DNA of 32,366 bases from Candidatus Woesearchaeota archaeon. GTDB taxonomy: Archaea > Nanobdellota > Nanobdellia > Woesearchaeales > SKGA01. This document shows positions 27,594 through 32,366 of the stretch, in pieces. Made by a program: the position numbers and the translations under genes. Every line of letters begins with the position of its first letter. Positions within the stretch are counted from its first letter, which is position 1. Under the pieces are notes generated by a model. The model was not told where the DNA came from. It did not search any database and saw only the letters and a list, made by a program, of their open reading frames with translations. Location: assembly GCA_016926395.1 (NCBI GenBank), contig JAFGOT010000004.1:1-32366 (forward strand), read 5' to 3'.

Positions 27594-28799
27594 CTATTTA
27601 TGGTGCTTCTTTGCTTTTTGTTTTTTTACAAACCATCTAACAACTAAGAAACCAACAAGAAGTACTAGTAAGATAGTGCTAAATGAAGGTCCTTTCTTTG
27701 CATTGGCTAGACTGTCATTTGTTTGAAAAGGAACAGTTAATGTTTCTGAAAATTCATTATTATTTTCATCTTTGTAAGTAACTGCAACTTTCAAATCAAC
27801 ATTTTTGGATGAAGGCTTTATAGTAAAAGTTTCACTTCTGTAATCATCAGAATCTAGATCACCAATGTATTCTTTAGAACCTGAAATAACTTCATAGTCA
27901 TCGCTTTGTAATAAAGAAACATCTAAGAATTTTAAATCATTAATTCCTTTGTTTACAAATTTTAAAGTTACATCACCAGATTGACTTGCTCCAGAAACAG
28001 TTGTTTTTTCAACATAAACCTTTAATTCTGGAACAGATTTTACAACAAGACCTATTAAATCCTGTTTCTCTGTTTTAGTTCCTTGATCATCATAGAATGA
28101 TAAAGAGATTGGTAATTTATAATAACCCGGAGTTGCTGTTGGGTAAGCCTTTATAGGAAATGAAACTTCAGATATTTCATTTGGATTAAGACGACCAATT
28201 CTTTGTTCGGTTGCAGATGATGTTGGAATAAAAGGCAAATCAGTAATTGAGCTTTGAGAAACCGCAACTAAACCTAACTGAACACCAATGTTTCGAATAA
28301 CAACCGACTCAGTATTTTTTAGTTTGATAGTAATAACACCATCCCCACCAGGAACTAGTTCTTTTGGGGAAGTTGATACATCAACCACAGATAAAGATAT
28401 GTCATTAGACTTAACTTCAATATCAAGAGATCGCTCTTGCCAATTTTTTCCATCAGGAGAGAATCTAACTTTTAACGCATTATTTCCAACAACAGCTTGA
28501 CTATCAACTTTGATTTGAAAATCAGAAACATAACTTCTTTGAGATTTTAAAGCACCAATAGTTTCTGAACCGTCACCAACAACAGTAAATGGAAATTCAT
28601 CCAAAACTTCTATCATTGCATTTTGAGCATCAGTGTCGCCAATATTATCTAACTCGATGTATGCAGTTACATATTGACCGGGTTGAGCGGGAATTGGCTC
28701 ATATTTTAGTAAATCAGCACTAAGAGAAGGCTCAGCACTAACAACTGGTATTAATACCATTAATGAAATTACCAACAATATAATTAAATTTTTTTTCAT
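27594..28799 (-). CDS. COG1361/CARDB-type S-layer-domain protein
   Basis: Signal peptide; three Ig-like modules (PIPAQPGQ..LDNIGD, PKELVPGG..LKNT, FVNKG); C-terminal TM plus basic tail; canonical position next to a MacB-type ABC transporter. Confidence 0.85.
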   Translation of the reverse strand: MKKNLIILLVISLMVLIPVVSAEPSLSADLLKYEPIPAQPGQYVTAYIELDNIGDTDAQNAMIEVLDEFPFTVVGDGSETIGALKSQRSYVSDFQIKVDSQAVVGNNALKVRFSPDGKNWQERSLDIEVKSNDISLSVVDVSTSPKELVPGGDGVITIKLKNTESVVIRNIGVQLGLVAVSQSSITDLPFIPTSSATEQRIGRLNPNEISEVSFPIKAYPTATPGYYKLPISLSFYDDQGTKTEKQDLIGLVVKSVPELKVYVEKTTVSGASQSGDVTLKFVNKGINDLKFLDVSLLQSDDYEVISGSKEYIGDLDSDDYRSETFTIKPSSKNVDLKVAVTYKDENNNEFSETLTVPFQTNDSLANAKKGPSFSTILLVLLVGFLVVRWFVKKQKAKKHHK

Positions 28800-28809
28800 A
28801 TTAATTCAC

Positions 28810-29505
28810 CTATTTGCTTTTAGGAATTATTTGACCATCACGCAAAACTTCTACTCGTTCTGCTACTTTAGCAGTATCCTCATCATGAGTAACCATAACA
28901 ATTGTCGTTCCGTTTTCTTTATGTAATTTTTTTAGGAAATCCATAACAGTTCCTCCTGTTTTACTATCTAAGTTACCTGTAGGTTCATCAGCCAATATTA
29001 CTTCAGGGTTTACTGCTAAAGCCCTTGCAATTGCAACTCGTTGTTGTTGACCTCCAGAAAGCTCACTTGGTTTGTGATTTTGTCTATCCTCTAGTTCAAC
29101 TAACTTCAAAAGTTCATTTGCTCGTCTTTCTCTTTCAACAGCGTTAACGCCTTGAAAAATAAGAGGCAACATAATATTCTCTTTTGCTGATAAAGTATTG
29201 ATGAGATTGAATTTTTGAAAAATAAAACCAATTTTTTTCCCACGAAGGGTTGCAAGACCAGATTCTGAAAACTTGGAAATATCTTTTCCATCCAATTTTA
29301 TAGATCCAGTAGTAGGACGATCAAGAACACCAATCATATTCATCGCAGTACTTTTTCCACTTCCAGAAGGACCCATAACAGCTAAAAATTCTCCTTTGTA
29401 GACAGTTAAATTCAAACCTCGTAAAGCATGAACTTTATTGTCGCCCATAGTATAAGTTTTCCAAACATCTTGAATTTCAATTAACGGTTTTGCTTTGGAC
29501 GTCAT
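28810..29505 (-). CDS. ABC ATP-binding protein (LolD/MacB family)
   Basis: GPSGSGKST, IGFIFQKFNL, LSGGQQQRVAIARAL, ILADEPTGNLD, VTHD; probable start MTSKA at 29505. Confidence 0.96.
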   Translation of the reverse strand: MTSKAKPLIEIQDVWKTYTMGDNKVHALRGLNLTVYKGEFLAVMGPSGSGKSTAMNMIGVLDRPTTGSIKLDGKDISKFSESGLATLRGKKIGFIFQKFNLINTLSAKENIMLPLIFQGVNAVERERRANELLKLVELEDRQNHKPSELSGGQQQRVAIARALAVNPEVILADEPTGNLDSKTGGTVMDFLKKLHKENGTTIVMVTHDEDTAKVAERVEVLRDGQIIPKSK

Positions 29506-29510
29506 AATAA

Positions 29511-30032
29511 TCAACCTTGTTTTTTTGTTTTATTAATGTATTCAATAATATACGTGTGAAGTTTCTCAAGCAAAAGTGTTTGTTCTAAATCATGTTCCAA
29601 AAGTTCTAAATAAGATTTACCAAGATTTTTTCTTGAAAGAGATTTTTCTTGACGAATATCTTTTTTTAGAGAAGATATTAAATCAGGCAAAGATTCTTTT
29701 TTTGGTTTAACAATAAAATCTAATGCCATAGTGAATTTACCAATCAACATTTCAGAAACATCACGCTGAGCAGCTAAAAATACTTTTTTTGTTCCAGGTT
29801 TTTTAACTCGTTTTAGAATATTCATATCAGATAAATATTTAGCAACAGTACTTACAGTAGCTAACGAATAACCAGTACTTGAAGAAATATCTTCTAAAGA
29901 AACAGGCTCAATAGAACAAAAAACATGAGCATAAATTTTAGTTTCGACAGTTTTAAGACCAAAAGAAGACATAGAAGAGACTATTAATGACTCATAACAA
30001 GCAATCGACTCAGGAAAGTTTTCTTTTACCAT
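29511..30032 (-). CDS. GbsR/MarR-family transcriptional regulator
   Basis: FGLKTVETKIYAHVFCSIEPVSLEDISSSTGYSLATVSTVAKYL wHTH, then KRVKKPGTKKVF wing; directly upstream of the ABC operon. Confidence 0.85.
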   Translation of the reverse strand: MVKENFPESIACYESLIVSSMSSFGLKTVETKIYAHVFCSIEPVSLEDISSSTGYSLATVSTVAKYLSDMNILKRVKKPGTKKVFLAAQRDVSEMLIGKFTMALDFIVKPKKESLPDLISSLKKDIRQEKSLSRKNLGKSYLELLEHDLEQTLLLEKLHTYIIEYINKTKKQG

Positions 30033-30099
30033 TTTCAATAAATACTAAATATTCAAAAAATAGTAAACAAAAATCATTTATAAAGGTTGTGAAAATAAT

Positions 30100-32121
30100 C
30101 TAAAGAGCATAAGAAGAAACATAAGAAATGTTCTTAAAAGTTAGATGAAGAACATCATAAGTCTTCTCTTGATCCGAATCAGATAAACGAGAGTAAATCT
30201 CTAAAGCTTCAATATATTTCTTTCTTGCAATATTTATCTCTTCAAATTGCAAAGCAAGAACGCTGTTATATAACAATTGAATAACATGAACCAAATCTTG
30301 ACCGTCAAAAGAGTCAACTTCATGAACAGGACGAGCTATATCTTGTTTTTTTGTAGGACCTACATCAATAACTAATTGTCTAAAAAGCTCTAAGCTCAAA
30401 TTCAAAGATTCAAAAGACAATGGTTTTGAAGACTCGATAACTTGAAGGTGATTATAATAATCTTCAAGAATTGATTTTATTTGTTTTGATGCACTTAATT
30501 TATTAATGCGAGCAAGAGTTCCGCCAGAACGTGTTGTGTGTTTTGACAATATGAAGTCAAAGAACTGACGAAGAGCTCTTGCAATCGCTGATTGATAAGG
30601 ATAATTAGAGGAAACATCAGAAGAATAAGAGTAACGTTTTTGCATATCTGCAATCATAGATAACAAAGAATCTTTTTCTTCAGAGCTAAGAAGAATCTGT
30701 TTTTTCTTAGAACGAACAAGCATCCAAAGAATCTTAGCAATAAAAGCATTAATTTGTTTTCTAAAAATACGATAAGTTACTCCGGCAACTAAAAGAAGCA
30801 TAGCTAAAGGAATAAGAATAACTAAAATAGAACGACCGACATCGCCAAGAGAGTCAGGCGTTTCCAACCGTCTACAAGCAGGACAAGTCCCACCACAATC
30901 AACACCAGTTTCGTCTTGGTTTTTCACACCATCAAAACAACTAGGACAAGGATCACAATAACCACCACAATCAACACCATCCTCGCCATAATTTTGTATA
31001 CCATCAAAACAACTCATACAAGGCTCGCAATTAGGACCGCCACAATCAGTTTCTTCTTCAAGATTATTTTTTATACCATCATAACAAGTTTCACAAGGAG
31101 GACAAGGACCGCCACAATCGACTCCTTCTTCATTTAATTCATACCCAGGAATCCAGTAATCTTGAACACCATTAACACACTGCTCAATATAATCACATTC
31201 TCTCCAAAAATATTTTGGTTCAGAATCACATCCATTAACATCAGTACATTTACGTTTTTGAGTTCCATTTACATAACAAATTCCCCAATCTTCACAGGAC
31301 CATTCAGGAACACAACGTTCTCTAGGAGGAGCAGCTCCACCACCCCCTCCATCAGGCGTTTGGGGAGCACATTCTAATTCAATAACTATCAAATCACTTT
31401 CGGCATAAAGACCATAAGGGTCGGTTGCTCGTAAAAACACCTGTCCACTGCCACAATCATTTGCACTAAGAATTATTTCAGAAGAAGGAAGAATCATAAT
31501 ATTAAACTCGGGCGAAATAAAGGAACTTGAAAAATTTAAGGGATCACCATCAGGATCGGAAAAATAATTATTAAGATAAATACCTCGTGTCGTAACACCA
31601 TCTTTTAGTTTAAATGGACCTGGAGGAGGAATCAAATTAAGTCTCGGCAGATAAACAGGAGCGTCGTTAGTTGCGACAAAAGTGAAAGTAACATCAATAA
31701 AATCACCATCAAGAGAACAACCACTATCATCATTGACAACAAATCTCATAGTAACATTATCTTGAAAAGAATCATCATTAGTGGGGATTGCAGAGAATAA
31801 ACCCGAAGTAGAATTCAAATCATAAAATAAAGTTCCATTATGTAAAGCAGCAGAATAAGTTAAATTATCACCATCAGCATCAGTTCCATTTAATTGACAT
31901 TCATAGTAAATGTCTTCGACCAAAGTAGTATTACAAGGAAAATCTAGAACAGGAGGAGTGTTAATACACAAATTAACATAACCTTGATCCTGCAACGCAT
32001 TACCAGTTAATAGAGGAGAAGTAGAAACTTGAGAAGCATAATAAATAGTCATCCCTGTTTGCACTAGAGAAAAAATAGCGAAAAATACAACTAAAGTTAC
32101 TATTAAACTATGACGCATCAC
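30100..32121 (-). CDS. 673-aa mosaic surface protein: 2 cadherin-like repeats, TSP1-like module, 4 Cys-rich repeats, TM, helical cytoplasmic tail
   Basis: NTPPVL..GTDADGD and NDAPV..FSDPDGD; GGGGG linker; CVPEWSCEDWGICYVNGTQKRKC; 4x C-x-(D/N)G...DCGG-x-C-x2-C; TM ILVILIPLAMLLLVAGV. Confidence 0.88.
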   Translation of the reverse strand: MMRHSLIVTLVVFFAIFSLVQTGMTIYYASQVSTSPLLTGNALQDQGYVNLCINTPPVLDFPCNTTLVEDIYYECQLNGTDADGDNLTYSAALHNGTLFYDLNSTSGLFSAIPTNDDSFQDNVTMRFVVNDDSGCSLDGDFIDVTFTFVATNDAPVYLPRLNLIPPPGPFKLKDGVTTRGIYLNNYFSDPDGDPLNFSSSFISPEFNIMILPSSEIILSANDCGSGQVFLRATDPYGLYAESDLIVIELECAPQTPDGGGGGAAPPRERCVPEWSCEDWGICYVNGTQKRKCTDVNGCDSEPKYFWRECDYIEQCVNGVQDYWIPGYELNEEGVDCGGPCPPCETCYDGIKNNLEEETDCGGPNCEPCMSCFDGIQNYGEDGVDCGGYCDPCPSCFDGVKNQDETGVDCGGTCPACRRLETPDSLGDVGRSILVILIPLAMLLLVAGVTYRIFRKQINAFIAKILWMLVRSKKKQILLSSEEKDSLLSMIADMQKRYSYSSDVSSNYPYQSAIARALRQFFDFILSKHTTRSGGTLARINKLSASKQIKSILEDYYNHLQVIESSKPLSFESLNLSLELFRQLVIDVGPTKKQDIARPVHEVDSFDGQDLVHVIQLLYNSVLALQFEEINIARKKYIEALEIYSRLSDSDQEKTYDVLHLTFKNISYVSSYAL
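30874..31179 (-). repeat. four tandem Cys-rich (DCGG) coding repeats
   Basis: CVNGVQD..EEGVDCGGPCPPC / CYDGIKNNLEEETDCGGPNCEPC / CFDGIQNYGEDGVDCGGYCDPC / CFDGVKNQDETGVDCGGTCPAC. Confidence 0.9.
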
Positions 32122-32203
32122 ACAACACAGTCTAAAACAGTTCTTTTAACTATTTAAAGGTTTTTAGAAATAGATAAAAAAAAGAAAAATAAGAAATTCA
32201 ACC

Positions 32204-32366
32204 TTAAGGTGTTGAAGCGGTAAATGTCAAAGTAGTACTACCATCAACAGAGGTTGCAGTTGCAGGGAAACCCATCTGAACGTAAAAGTCAAACTGGTCA
32301 GCACCATCAGTAGTATCTAAATTCTGACAAGCAACATAAGAACCAGTATCATTAAACAAAGTCCAA
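32204..32366 (-). CDS. C-terminal part of a secreted beta-rich protein (runs off the right edge)
   Basis: Open frame WTLFNDTGSYVACQNLDTTDGADQFDFYVQMGFPATATSVDGSTTLTFTASTP*; followed by a T-rich tract on the minus strand. Confidence 0.75.
   Translation of the reverse strand, partial: WTLFNDTGSYVACQNLDTTDGADQFDFYVQMGFPATATSVDGSTTLTFTASTP

Noticed and set aside
30874-31179. Tandem DNA repeats considered as a CRISPR array
   Set aside because: They are degenerate in-frame coding repeats without constant repeat/unique spacer structure, and there are no cas genes.

Overview
AT-rich window from an archaeon, most likely DPANN (Woesearchaeota-like). The assignment is inferred from TTTATAAA TATA boxes, a bulge-helix-bulge tRNA intron, archaeal-type SRP54 and prepilin peptidase, and a bacterial-type gyrB. 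Left third, mostly housekeeping: divergent protein kinase, A24 prepilin peptidase, two tandem HIT-fold genes lacking the catalytic His, gyrB, DUF502, SRP54, CoA-binding protein, a small ferredoxin missed by the ORF track, GMP reductase, an S4-domain protein and an intron-containing tRNA-Thr(UGU). Middle: a tightly coupled MoxR-DUF58-vWA-DUF212-PIN operon, a divergent helical protein and a 1265-aa cadherin-like surface protein. Next come an E1/ThiF-like gene, a DHH phosphoesterase and two more Thr tRNAs, one with the anticodon AGU (A34, very unusual for archaea). That tRNA is followed by a ~1.6 kb segment bounded by an 18-bp repeat of its 3' end. Right end: a GbsR-regulated MacB-type ABC/COG1361 cluster and a cadherin/TSP1/Cys-rich membrane protein whose cytoplasmic tail resembles the helical protein beside MoxR. 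The top leads are the A34 tRNA-Thr and a possible MoxR-assisted adhesin system spanning both surface-protein loci. All family calls come from visual motif recognition; no searches were run.
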